A DNA stretch of 62,876 nucleotides, the filler included. It is 4 parts of 4 records of this genome, joined end to end, with 100 filler letters (N's around TTAATTAATTAA, not from the genome) between each part and the next. Parts side by side here need not be neighbours in the genome. Positions count along the whole stretch, not along the records: positions 33,489 to 57,681 come from SRR31156797_41657; positions 57,782 to 62,876 come from SRR31156797_41786; 2 more parts are not named here. The stretch is one strand, 5' to 3'. Positions 50,487 to 60,135 of this stretch are shown here, piece by piece (position 1 is the first letter of the stretch; the number at the start of each line of letters is the position of its first letter). A program made the translations under genes and the position numbers. The notes beneath the pieces are model-generated. The model made no database searches and was not told the DNA's origin. It saw only the letters and a list, made by a program, of their open reading frames with translations.

Positions 50487-52244
50487 TTACTTTCGATTAA
50501 AAGTGAGGGTATAGTTGTTGAAGCCTATTGTCTGGGAAAATCCAGGCTCATAGTTGCCATCGGCAGCCAGAACAAGACGCTGCTGATTATGCAAAGTTAT
50601 ATCTTTGTTATTGTCACGCAATGATGCCACAATCTTATCCTCATAGACATCCAGCATCATATCTATAGTGTTTCCTGTCATCTGGGGAAACGCACGTGTT
50701 ATCCCGCTCACTGTTTCTTCTATGGCAGCAACCACCTTCACTGCTATTTTATCTTCAACCCTAAGGTGTTCCATAAATACTGCAAACTGGTCCAGGCTTT
50801 TTGAGAGAGCCGAATCACTTGTTTTACAGGTCGTTTCAGACCTGCCGCATTGTTGCAGCTGTTCATGGTCGAGCAGCAAGGGGTTCCGGTATTTTTCAGG
50901 GTACGTCTTTTTCAGATAGAGGTAACAGGAAATGACCATGAGTATGGTGACCACTTCTGCCAGTGAAAAGGCAACCCAAACACCTGAAGCTCCTAAGGGG
51001 ATTGACATGGCAAGAGCAAGAGGAATAACAGATACCCCCTGAACAAATGAGATGGCTGCGGACAGTTTCGTGCGACCGATGGTCATGTAGTAGTACATAG
51101 AAAGGAAGCTGATACTGGTCCCCACCAAACTTAAAGAAAAAAGGCGGATGGCAGGAATACCTTCTGCTACATCTGCGGCATGGTGAATACCGAATATGTG
51201 CAAAATAACCCCAGGAAACAACTCCAACAGCAAGGTTGCAGCAAGGCTTGCAATCAAGAGTGTTTTTAATGCTCGCCGTACCACAAAATACACACCCTGA
51301 AAATCTGCTTCCCCATACAGGACCCCAACTATGGGGGTCATGGCCTGAGCTGCACCGGAAATAAACATAGAGACAAAAGAAAGGCAGGATAAACACACCG
51401 AAAAGGCTACCATGCCCGACTTACCAGCCACAGCCAGAATAATATGGTTAACAAAGAGAATCTTGAAAGTGATCAGGATGCTACCCATGGCTGCAGGGGA
51501 ACCTGTTGCCACAATCTTACTGACACGGGCCAATACCTCTGGCGCACGAATCAGCGTGTTCGGCTTAAACCGAAGCGTTCTTTTTCGACTAAAAACATAC
51601 AGCAGCAGAAAAGCCCCACCAATCACGTAACCGCACACCGTGGCAAGTGAAGAGCCTGCTATTCCCATTTTGAGCGGCCCCATAAAGACCAGGTCCAAAG
51701 CAAGATTAACCAGGTTGGAAACAATAAGGATGGTCGACGCCAATTTCACCCGTGCATCAACCCTTAAGCAATAGGCAAGCCCAGGAACGGTAATAATCAA
51801 GGGAGTGCCGTAGATGAGCACATGAACATAGGATTTAACCAGGGGGCGAAGGGAGGGCTCCCGAGTGAGTAGACGGGTGATATCATCAACAAAGACAACC
51901 TGTCCGGCCAACAAAAAGAGGCTCACCACAACCATAGCAAACAAAGCAGTGGTGAAAATATCACTTGCATAATCACTCTCTCTCCGTCCTTTGGCAACAG
52001 ATATCATGGTTGCAGCGCCCAACCCGAAACAGACAGCCATTGTATTGTAAAGCATAATAACAGGCATAACCAGATTGACTGCGGCAAGAGCTTCGGCACC
52101 CAGCATATTGCCGACAATGATACTGTCGACCACAATGGACATGGTCAGGGTCATCGCCATCAAAATGGTTGGGATAAAGAACTCCCAATATTTCTTATCC
52201 AGCAGGCCGCTCTGTCTGCTGGAGCTATAATTCATTGATTCCAT
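50487..52244 (-). CDS. MATE efflux transporter with a C-terminal degenerate HATPase (anti-sigma-like) extension
   Basis: VDSIIVGNMLG..ALAAV, NLALDLVFM..MGIAGSSLAT and GVWVAF; soluble tail of ~130 aa with AIEETVSGI and LRDN. Confidence 0.85.
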   Translation of the reverse strand: MESMNYSSSRQSGLLDKKYWEFFIPTILMAMTLTMSIVVDSIIVGNMLGAEALAAVNLVMPVIMLYNTMAVCFGLGAATMISVAKGRRESDYASDIFTTALFAMVVVSLFLLAGQVVFVDDITRLLTREPSLRPLVKSYVHVLIYGTPLIITVPGLAYCLRVDARVKLASTILIVSNLVNLALDLVFMGPLKMGIAGSSLATVCGYVIGGAFLLLYVFSRKRTLRFKPNTLIRAPEVLARVSKIVATGSPAAMGSILITFKILFVNHIILAVAGKSGMVAFSVCLSCLSFVSMFISGAAQAMTPIVGVLYGEADFQGVYFVVRRALKTLLIASLAATLLLELFPGVILHIFGIHHAADVAEGIPAIRLFSLSLVGTSISFLSMYYYMTIGRTKLSAAISFVQGVSVIPLALAMSIPLGASGVWVAFSLAEVVTILMVISCYLYLKKTYPEKYRNPLLLDHEQLQQCGRSETTCKTSDSALSKSLDQFAVFMEHLRVEDKIAVKVVAAIEETVSGITRAFPQMTGNTIDMMLDVYEDKIVASLRDNNKDITLHNQQRLVLAADGNYEPGFSQTIGFNNYTLTFNRK

Positions 52245-52281
52245 ATTTATTTATCTTAACAAAGCCCCTGTTAGTTTTATG

Positions 52282-55200
52282 CTAGCCCGCCACAAAAAGA
52301 CGTTCTGCCTGGTCAGTCTTTATGTTGGCAAGCTTAAGCAGGGCCAGCCCCAGTTGAGGATGGCGAATGTTCAACTCACGGATGTCTTCAGGTTTAAGCT
52401 GAAAAACAAAGGTATCATCCAGTGATTCTACAGAGTTAATGGCATGTGTATCTTCAATCACCGCCTCTTCGCCCAGGCAGGAACCTGGTCCACCAACACG
52501 GATTGTACCAATCCAGCCGTTGGCATTATGACGATAGGTTTCCACCATCCCTTCAACAACAAAGCGAATACCGTCTACCGGTGCTTGCTCTTGCTGCAGC
52601 AGGGTTGTTTCGCCAAAATGCTCCGGCTTTATACGAGCTGCAATATCTGTTCGAGCTTCATCATCTAAAAGAGAGAATCCCGGGATGGCGGCAAGTTTTT
52701 GAGTTCGATCCTGTAACGCGTGCTGCACAAATAAGCGGAGATCTACGGGTTCGGGGTTTTTCCAGGTAAAACCGCACCGCTCCAAAAGGCTGGCTGTACG
52801 TTCAACCCTGATAACAGTACTCGTACTTAAAGGATTAGAAAGCCAATCCTGCCAGCCTAGATGGAGCAAGAGACGCTCAATGTACTCATCAAAACCGGGG
52901 CACCCTGCGTGTTCAGCAAAAAAATCGACAAAATCATCAAAGCGGAGTCTGTCTACCCGCAACCCGAGCTCTTTGGAGGACAGGGCTTCTGAAAGGGAGA
53001 GTAACTGTGGATTATGGATGTGAAAAGTTTGCCCTGCCAGCCCTGGTCTTGTCATGAGTGTGACAATCGCCTTTGCAGACTGGTCGACATAGGACATGTT
53101 GCGGACATCGGTGAGATCAGGAGCCACCCCAAGGTTCACATAGGCACGGATCTGCTGATAGAAGGCGTTATCATCTACATTACGTTGAAAAACGCCTGTT
53201 TCAGAATCGCAGGCAATATTACCGGCACGATATATATTCACCGGCAACCCTTCATCTCTCAATCTCTGTAAAACGACTTCAGCCTGCAGCTTGGAACGAA
53301 CGTACAAGTTGCGTGGTTCCTGTCCTATATCAACATCAAATTCGGTAAACAATGCTTGACTTCGCTCTTTTATTTTCCCAGAACCAATGGAGGTGGTGGA
53401 GATGTGATGTAACGATTTTGGTCTGCCCTTGCGGGCAAAAAAGGACAAATTCTCCACACTGGTAATGTTAGCTGCCACAAAAACGTCCCACTCTCCGTAG
53501 TGACTTGTTAAAGCCGCCGAGTGCAGAATGGTATCGACATCACATTCAAGTCGATCATATACAGCCTCATCCATTTCAAACCCTGGTACGGAAAGATCAC
53601 CGGTCAACACCTCTACCCGCCCGCCACTCTCTTCTTTTAAATTTCTACCGAATCGATCCTGATAATGGTCGGCCAAGCGTTGGTAGGCTGCCTTGTCGTC
53701 ATGACCACGTACAACAGCTGTTATATGTGCACCAGTATGATGGAGCAACTCGCGCAGCAGGTAGATGCCAAGGGTTCCTGTTCCACCAGTGAGCAGGACA
53801 TGGTCAAACGTTTTGACACTTTCAGCATCAAGCGCACCGTCGGCCTGACATGCCTGCCTATACCCCTGTACTTGCGACTGAAAAACTGCATCCTCTTTTG
53901 ACTTCCCGGAGAGTTTCTTTAGGCCAAGCAAGCGGGCTGAACGCCCTATCTCAGCCTCACGAAAATGGCTCGCCTGATCCGCAATGGTGGTGTGTGAAAA
54001 GAGATCAGAAGCTGAGATATCAAAGGTTTCACTCAGATCAGCTAACAGTGTAATGGCACTTAATGAATCACCACCAATATCATAGAAGGAATCAAACAAG
54101 CCAAACCCCTTATGACCTAGTACTCTCTCCCACGCCTGAGCGATACGAACCTCCTGTGGATTACGCGGCTCAAGGGGGCCTGTTGCGGAGGTGGTAATTT
54201 CAGGACGCGGCAGCTTGCCGCGATCAACCTTGCCGTTGGGATTCAGCGTCATCTTCTCCAGCTGTACAAAGTACGCTGGCACCATGTACTCCGGCAGCTC
54301 AGCCTTGAGCAATTCTTTCACCACCCCCATATCCAGCTTTGATGCGGCAGTACAGTATGCAGCCAGTGCCTTATTGCCGCTGGGTTCCTCCAAGGCAACG
54401 ACTACACAGTCGAGCACCTGATCGAAGGTCTTGATCTGTGCCTCAATCTCTCCTGGCTCGACCCGGTAGCCGCGAATCTTAACCTGAAAGTCCATTCGAC
54501 CGATAAAATCAAGAGTACCGTCATCCAGCCATTTCCCCTTATCACCGCTACGAAACATTCGTTGTCCCGGATGGAACGGATCGTCAACAAAATGTTTGTC
54601 TGTAAGTTCCTTACGGTTAAGGTATCCACGACCTACCTGGACGCCAGCTACGCAAATCTCTCCCGGTACCCCGATGGGACAAAGGTGCCCCTTAGCATCA
54701 AGAATGTATATCCTGGTATTCTTGACTGGCGAGCCCACAGGCGGCTTCATCATGACATCCTGTACATCGTAGCTCAGACAGGCCATGGTTGTTTCACTCG
54801 GCCCATATTCGTTGGTAAGCCTAAAATCCCCAAGGTGGTAAGATTTAAGTCTATCCCCCCCCACCACCAGATATTTGAGGGACTCCATTGAACACATCCG
54901 CATGAACTGTTCAGCAAACTGGGTTGGGAAATGAGCGTTGGTGATATGATTGTCCACAAAATAGGCATCCAGTTCCTTGGGAGAGCGACGCAGTTCTTCG
55001 GCAATGATGTGCAAGGTTGCCCCGGATACCAGCGGTGCAAATATCTGCACAACCGAGACATCAAAGCTGAAGGCTGCAAATGCTGCACAGCCAGATTCAG
55101 GCGAAATGCAGTGGTGCTCGGCATACCAGTCGATAAAGTTCACCATCGACTGATGTTCGATGAGCACCCCCTTGGGCTTGCCAGTTGAGCCAGAGGTGAA

Positions 55201-57681
55201 GATACAATATGCCAGAGCATCCCCCCCTTCTGCCAAATAAGGATTTGTATCATCACTTGGCAGATCGCCGTCCATGGCGACAGCTGCACAATCAAATTGT
55301 AATGCTTCCAATTGTTCCTGAGCACCTACAATACAGGGAGCATTGGTATCCTTTAAAATGAACGCCACACGTTCAGACGGATAATGGGCATCCAACCCTA
55401 CATACGCTGAGCCGGACTTTAACGCTGCTAACATTCCAACCACTGACCAAGTGGAGCGGTCTGCCACCACCGCCACAATACGATCTCTTCCCCCTCCCAA
55501 TTTTGCAATGCCCCTGGCTGCACGATTAGCAAGCCTATTTAGCTCTTCATAAGTAAGGCTGCCATTTTCTGCCTTGACTGCGATATGGTCGGGCCTGAGC
55601 TTGGCATGCGTTTCAATGACCTGACACACCGTTTTCCAAGAAGGCGGGGGAGTGGCAGGAGGGTTAAAACGATTGAGCAACGCGTTACGCTCCTCTGACC
55701 CGAGGATATTGATACTGCCCACGGCAATGTCCGGTGTTTTGGCAACGGCCTCAAGGACGGTGCAAAGGTGCCCTGTTAATCGGGCAATGGTTTGCCTGCG
55801 GTAGAGTGATGTCCTGTAATCCACCTCAATGATAAGTGTTTCACCCTGTTCTTCCGCAGCTATGGACAGATCGAACTTGGCAGTATCCGTATGCAAGGGA
55901 AGGACATCGGCGATCAACCCACTTACTTGATAATGATCCTCTGCTCCTATGTTGCGCATAACAAAGTTAATATCAAACATGGGATGTCTAACTGGCCCAC
56001 GGTTGGCCCCAAGATATTCGTAAAGGCTGGAAATCGGATACGAGCCATGTTCGTGAATCGCAAGCATCTGCTGTCGCATCTCAAGCAGCAGGTTGGCAAA
56101 GCTCTTGCTGCTTTCCGGGCGCACCCGTGTCGGTAAGGTGCGAACAAACATCCCTACTACTCCGGCGGTTCCTGCCTGATCGCGCCCACTCATACTTGTA
56201 CCGATACAGATATCCTCACTATCTGACCAGCGGCTAGCTAGAATGCCGATAGATGCCATAAAGATCTGATGCAGGGTTGCGCCATACTTCTTGGCCAGCT
56301 TTCGCAAAGCATCAGTTGCCTGGGCGTCAAGTTGGTGACGATAGACTGCACCTGCAAAATCCTGATGGCCGGGACGGGTAAAATCTGTTGGCAATTCGGC
56401 TTCAGGTGGTCCGGTGAAGAGCCCGCGCCAGAAAGATTCGTGCTTGATTTTAATCTGTTCCTCTCTAACTGCCTCCCAGACTGCCACATCCTTCTGCTGT
56501 ATTCGCAGCGATTCGAGCTGTTCTTGATTATAGAGCGCAAACAGTTCACGTAGATAAATACCAACGGATACACCATCAAAAACGATATGATGGAAGTCAA
56601 GGAGTAACCAGTGGCGTCCATCTGTATGGGCTACCAGCTTCGCCTTCATGAGAGGAGGATGCGACAGGTTAAAGGGTTGTGAAAAACCGACGGCAAACTT
56701 TTGTGGATCGTTACTGCTGGTTTGTTCATAATCTAGCTTGAGATGCGCGTTTTTTACCACGCGCTGTACGCACCGCCCCTCTTGAATGACAAAGGAGGTA
56801 CGTAGTGCCTCATGCCGCTCAAGCAACTCAAGCAGGGCGTCGGAAAGTCGCCTTTGATCCAGTTTGCCTGTAAAAGCGATGCATATCGGCATATTGTATG
56901 CCACCCCGATTCCCTTCATGCGGTTAAGTAAAAAAAGTTGCTGCTGGGACACGGAGGCAGGATAGGTTTCAGCCGCGTCTGCCGGTGATATTTTCTCATC
57001 AACATGTCCACTCTCAAGCCGAGAAGCCATAAGCCGGGGCGTAGAGCATTCAAAGATCGCAGCCAGTTCAACGTCACGACCAAGCTTTTTGCCAATGATA
57101 ACCTGCAAAACTACCGCACGAAGGGAGTCTCCCCCACTTTGGAAAAAATCAGCGTCAGCACTTACCTGATTTTTCTCCAGTACCTCACCCCATATTGCGC
57201 ACAAACTCGATTCCAATTCTGTTTCAGGAGCCGTATATTCCTGTTGATTCTCTTTCAGAGCTTTGGGTTCAGGTAATTCTTTTCGATCAATTTTGCCGCT
57301 TGGGTTTATGGGCATGGCATCGAGCCGCAGCATGTGGGAGGGCACCATAAACGATGGGATCCGACCGTCTAAACCAGCCAACACCTTTTCGGGCTCAGCA
57401 TCCCCGCAGATGTAGCCGCAAAGGTACACGTGGCCAGCTCTGTCTTTAAAATCTCCCACTGCGGCTTCTTTGACCCCGTCTATGGAAAGCATCGCATTTT
57501 CGATTTCGCCAAGTTCGATCCTATATCCACGCAATTTCACTTGTCGGTCTATCCGACCGAGGTGTCGGATCACACCATCCGGTCTCCAACAGGCAAGATC
57601 ACCGGTATGATACATGGTTTCTTGATGGTAAAACGGATCAGGCACAAAACACTCCGCATTTTTTTCTTCACGCTTATGGTA
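52282..57681 (-). CDS. Non-ribosomal peptide synthetase, 5'-truncated: (A)-T-C-A-T-R(thioester reductase)-cNMP-binding domain
   Basis: Frame is open to the gap (YHKREEKNAECFVPDPF...). A-domain end (YHTGD, VKLRGYRIELGE); T GGDSL (~57125); C HHIVFDG (~56580); A TSGSTGKPKG (~55185); T GGDSL (~54065); R TGGTGTLG (~53780) and YVRSK; CAP-type domain at the C-terminus. Confidence 0.93.
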   Translation of the reverse strand, partial: YHKREEKNAECFVPDPFYHQETMYHTGDLACWRPDGVIRHLGRIDRQVKLRGYRIELGEIENAMLSIDGVKEAAVGDFKDRAGHVYLCGYICGDAEPEKVLAGLDGRIPSFMVPSHMLRLDAMPINPSGKIDRKELPEPKALKENQQEYTAPETELESSLCAIWGEVLEKNQVSADADFFQSGGDSLRAVVLQVIIGKKLGRDVELAAIFECSTPRLMASRLESGHVDEKISPADAAETYPASVSQQQLFLLNRMKGIGVAYNMPICIAFTGKLDQRRLSDALLELLERHEALRTSFVIQEGRCVQRVVKNAHLKLDYEQTSSNDPQKFAVGFSQPFNLSHPPLMKAKLVAHTDGRHWLLLDFHHIVFDGVSVGIYLRELFALYNQEQLESLRIQQKDVAVWEAVREEQIKIKHESFWRGLFTGPPEAELPTDFTRPGHQDFAGAVYRHQLDAQATDALRKLAKKYGATLHQIFMASIGILASRWSDSEDICIGTSMSGRDQAGTAGVVGMFVRTLPTRVRPESSKSFANLLLEMRQQMLAIHEHGSYPISSLYEYLGANRGPVRHPMFDINFVMRNIGAEDHYQVSGLIADVLPLHTDTAKFDLSIAAEEQGETLIIEVDYRTSLYRRQTIARLTGHLCTVLEAVAKTPDIAVGSINILGSEERNALLNRFNPPATPPPSWKTVCQVIETHAKLRPDHIAVKAENGSLTYEELNRLANRAARGIAKLGGGRDRIVAVVADRSTWSVVGMLAALKSGSAYVGLDAHYPSERVAFILKDTNAPCIVGAQEQLEALQFDCAAVAMDGDLPSDDTNPYLAEGGDALAYCIFTSGSTGKPKGVLIEHQSMVNFIDWYAEHHCISPESGCAAFAAFSFDVSVVQIFAPLVSGATLHIIAEELRRSPKELDAYFVDNHITNAHFPTQFAEQFMRMCSMESLKYLVVGGDRLKSYHLGDFRLTNEYGPSETTMACLSYDVQDVMMKPPVGSPVKNTRIYILDAKGHLCPIGVPGEICVAGVQVGRGYLNRKELTDKHFVDDPFHPGQRMFRSGDKGKWLDDGTLDFIGRMDFQVKIRGYRVEPGEIEAQIKTFDQVLDCVVVALEEPSGNKALAAYCTAASKLDMGVVKELLKAELPEYMVPAYFVQLEKMTLNPNGKVDRGKLPRPEITTSATGPLEPRNPQEVRIAQAWERVLGHKGFGLFDSFYDIGGDSLSAITLLADLSETFDISASDLFSHTTIADQASHFREAEIGRSARLLGLKKLSGKSKEDAVFQSQVQGYRQACQADGALDAESVKTFDHVLLTGGTGTLGIYLLRELLHHTGAHITAVVRGHDDKAAYQRLADHYQDRFGRNLKEESGGRVEVLTGDLSVPGFEMDEAVYDRLECDVDTILHSAALTSHYGEWDVFVAANITSVENLSFFARKGRPKSLHHISTTSIGSGKIKERSQALFTEFDVDIGQEPRNLYVRSKLQAEVVLQRLRDEGLPVNIYRAGNIACDSETGVFQRNVDDNAFYQQIRAYVNLGVAPDLTDVRNMSYVDQSAKAIVTLMTRPGLAGQTFHIHNPQLLSLSEALSSKELGLRVDRLRFDDFVDFFAEHAGCPGFDEYIERLLLHLGWQDWLSNPLSTSTVIRVERTASLLERCGFTWKNPEPVDLRLFVQHALQDRTQKLAAIPGFSLLDDEARTDIAARIKPEHFGETTLLQQEQAPVDGIRFVVEGMVETYRHNANGWIGTIRVGGPGSCLGEEAVIEDTHAINSVESLDDTFVFQLKPEDIRELNIRHPQLGLALLKLANIKTDQAERLFVAG

Positions 57682-57781
57682 NNNNNNNNNNNNNNNNNNN
57701 NNNNNNNNNNNNNNNNNNNNNNNNNTTAATTAATTAANNNNNNNNNNNNNNNNNNNNNNNNNNNNNNNNNNNNNNNNNNNN
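57682..57781. other. Artificial contig junction
   Basis: N-run with TTAATTAATTAA linker. Confidence 0.97.
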
Positions 57782-57782
57782 G

Positions 57783-58472
57783 ACCGGCAGAATGAACCTG
57801 AGTTACGGCCATTATGCTTTTAACAGGGAATTTAGTGAGGATGGTTCTTTGGGATTTTTTGATATTTTGTACCTTACCGAAGATGAGTCCAAAGTAGACA
57901 ACCTCTCTTTTACCATTGGTGCGGAAGGCGCCTTGACCGAGAAAATTAATCTGGTAGCGGATTTTGGGGGGCGGTACTCCCAATCCCGGAGAGACATCAC
58001 ACAGACGGTTTCCTATTCGCCACCGTCCATCGACGGTTCCGTTTCACGTATCGATGCTACAAATGAAAACTATGGATTTGTGGGAAGTGCAACTTTCGGG
58101 CTTCAAGGTGAACACTCCCGGGCCAGCTTGTATCTATCCCACGACCTGCAGCCGGTGAGCGGCAACAATGCCACAGCCAATCGAACCACCATTCGAATCA
58201 ATGGACACGTTCAATTGATGGAAAAATTGTGGGCAAACGCTTCCCTCCAATGGTATTGGAATCTGAACGACTCCAACGATGTGACACAGGACAATATTGA
58301 TCGGCAGACATGGAACAGTGGTTGTGGTATTCGATGGGAAGTGAATCGCTTTCTTGACCTGGCGGCAAACTATACCTATACGATTTATGAGGATCATGAA
58401 GCCGGTAGCGTCAGCTATCGCAACAAAGTCGTCGTTCAGTTGGAGGCGCATCATGACTGGTTGGAAGAATAG
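57783..58472 (+). CDS. Outer-membrane beta-barrel protein of a polysaccharide export locus (5'-truncated)
   Basis: Alternating amphipathic beta-strands; frame open to the gap; directly upstream of a chain-length determinant. Confidence 0.7.
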   Translation, partial: TGRMNLSYGHYAFNREFSEDGSLGFFDILYLTEDESKVDNLSFTIGAEGALTEKINLVADFGGRYSQSRRDITQTVSYSPPSIDGSVSRIDATNENYGFVGSATFGLQGEHSRASLYLSHDLQPVSGNNATANRTTIRINGHVQLMEKLWANASLQWYWNLNDSNDVTQDNIDRQTWNSGCGIRWEVNRFLDLAANYTYTIYEDHEAGSVSYRNKVVVQLEAHHDWLEE

Positions 58473-58495
58473 ATAGAAAGGTACATCAACGAAAC

Positions 58496-60076
58496 ATGGA
58501 AGAGCAGCAAAACCTGGAAATCGGAACCTATGTCGATATCCTCAAACGGCGCAAGTGGTATCTGGTGGTTCCCGCTGTTGCGATTATACTGATCGCCGGG
58601 ACCGTCGCCATGCTTTTGCCGCCCACCTATAAATCTTCCGCCACGATTCTTATCGAAGAGCAAGAGATTCCTGCAGATTTTGTTATGAGCACGGTTACCG
58701 GATATGCCGAGCAGCGCATCCAAACCACCAAACAGCGTATCATGAGCACAAGCAAACTGCTGGAGGTGATCAATCAATTCAACCTGTACGCCAAGTATCG
58801 CAAAAAATGGACCACGGCGGAGATGGTGGACCAAATGCGTAAAGACATCCGTTTGGGGTTTATCAGCGCCGAGACCAAGGGGAGGGGGGGGCAGGCGGTT
58901 ACGGCCATGATCGCCTTCACACTTTCCTTTCAGGGAAGCAACCCAACCACCGTTCAACGGGTCACGGATACCCTGGTAACCCTGTTTTTAAGTGAAAACC
59001 TGAAGGTCCGACAACGCAAAACCACGGAAACCACGGAGTTTTTAGAAGATGAAGCTCGGCGGGTGAAGGGTCAGGCGGCGGTACTGGAGAAAAGGATATC
59101 CGAATTCAAAGAACAGAACATCAATATTCTTCCCGAAATGTTTACGGTGAACCAGCAGGTACTGAATTCCACCGAATCCGGATTGAAGCAGATTGACGAT
59201 CAGGTCCGAATGCTGAAAGAGCGGGAAGGTTATCTGGTAACACAGCTTGCCAGTATACCGGAGATCGAAGATCCGGATAAACAGCGCCTCAAGAATCTGG
59301 AACTGGAGCTGGTGAATCTGAAAAGTCGATTTACCGACAATTATCCGGATGTCAAGAAGGTTGTATGGGAAATCGAACTGATCAGGCAAAAAATCGAGGA
59401 TAAAAAGTCACAGAAAAAATCCAAAGAGGATCGGCCGGACAATACCGCCTATATTACATTGGCATCCCAGTTGTCCAGCACGCGTGCCGAGATCGAGTCT
59501 TTGCTGGAGCAGGAATTAGATATGAAGATCAAAGCGGACAGCTATCGGCAACGGATCGAGGAAACACCTAAAATCGAACAGGAATACAATGATCTTTTGA
59601 TCGACCGCAACAGCACCCGGGCCAAATATTCGGATTTAATGCGCAAGGTGATGGAGGCCAATGTGGCTTTGGGGTTGGAAAAGGAGCAAAAAGGGGAGCG
59701 GTTCACCCTGATCGATCCGGCACGGCGGCCCGAAAAGCCCTTCAAACCCAATCGGCTGGCCCTTTTTGTGGTTGGCATTGTTTTGGGGGGAGCGGCCGGT
59801 TTGGGGATGGTCGTTTTAAGAGAATTTCTTGATCAATCTGTCTATTCGCCGCAGCACCTGGTCCGTATTACCCCGCTTCCGCTTCTGGTTACCGTACCGG
59901 TTATTACAACACCTTATGAGAAACGAGCACACCGCTTGAAAACTATCTCTTTTACAGCTGTCGGCATGATACTAATATTATTGAGTATCTATGTGTTCCA
60001 CAGTCAAGTGATGGATTTAGATATTTTTTGGGCTAAATTGACGCGGAAGATAGAGAAAACTGTTCCACCGATGTGA
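58496..60076 (+). CDS. Polysaccharide co-polymerase / chain-length determinant (GumC/Wzz-like)
   Basis: ILKRRKW + TM, YKSSATIL, long coiled coil, YPDV, IDPARRPEKPFKPNR + TM. Confidence 0.9.
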   Translation: MEEQQNLEIGTYVDILKRRKWYLVVPAVAIILIAGTVAMLLPPTYKSSATILIEEQEIPADFVMSTVTGYAEQRIQTTKQRIMSTSKLLEVINQFNLYAKYRKKWTTAEMVDQMRKDIRLGFISAETKGRGGQAVTAMIAFTLSFQGSNPTTVQRVTDTLVTLFLSENLKVRQRKTTETTEFLEDEARRVKGQAAVLEKRISEFKEQNINILPEMFTVNQQVLNSTESGLKQIDDQVRMLKEREGYLVTQLASIPEIEDPDKQRLKNLELELVNLKSRFTDNYPDVKKVVWEIELIRQKIEDKKSQKKSKEDRPDNTAYITLASQLSSTRAEIESLLEQELDMKIKADSYRQRIEETPKIEQEYNDLLIDRNSTRAKYSDLMRKVMEANVALGLEKEQKGERFTLIDPARRPEKPFKPNRLALFVVGIVLGGAAGLGMVVLREFLDQSVYSPQHLVRITPLPLLVTVPVITTPYEKRAHRLKTISFTAVGMILILLSIYVFHSQVMDLDIFWAKLTRKIEKTVPPM

Positions 60077-60135
60077 TCGACAGGTCGTAGGACTAAAGTA
60101 GGCGTTTCGCCCTATTTAGGTAGGAGTAAACATAA

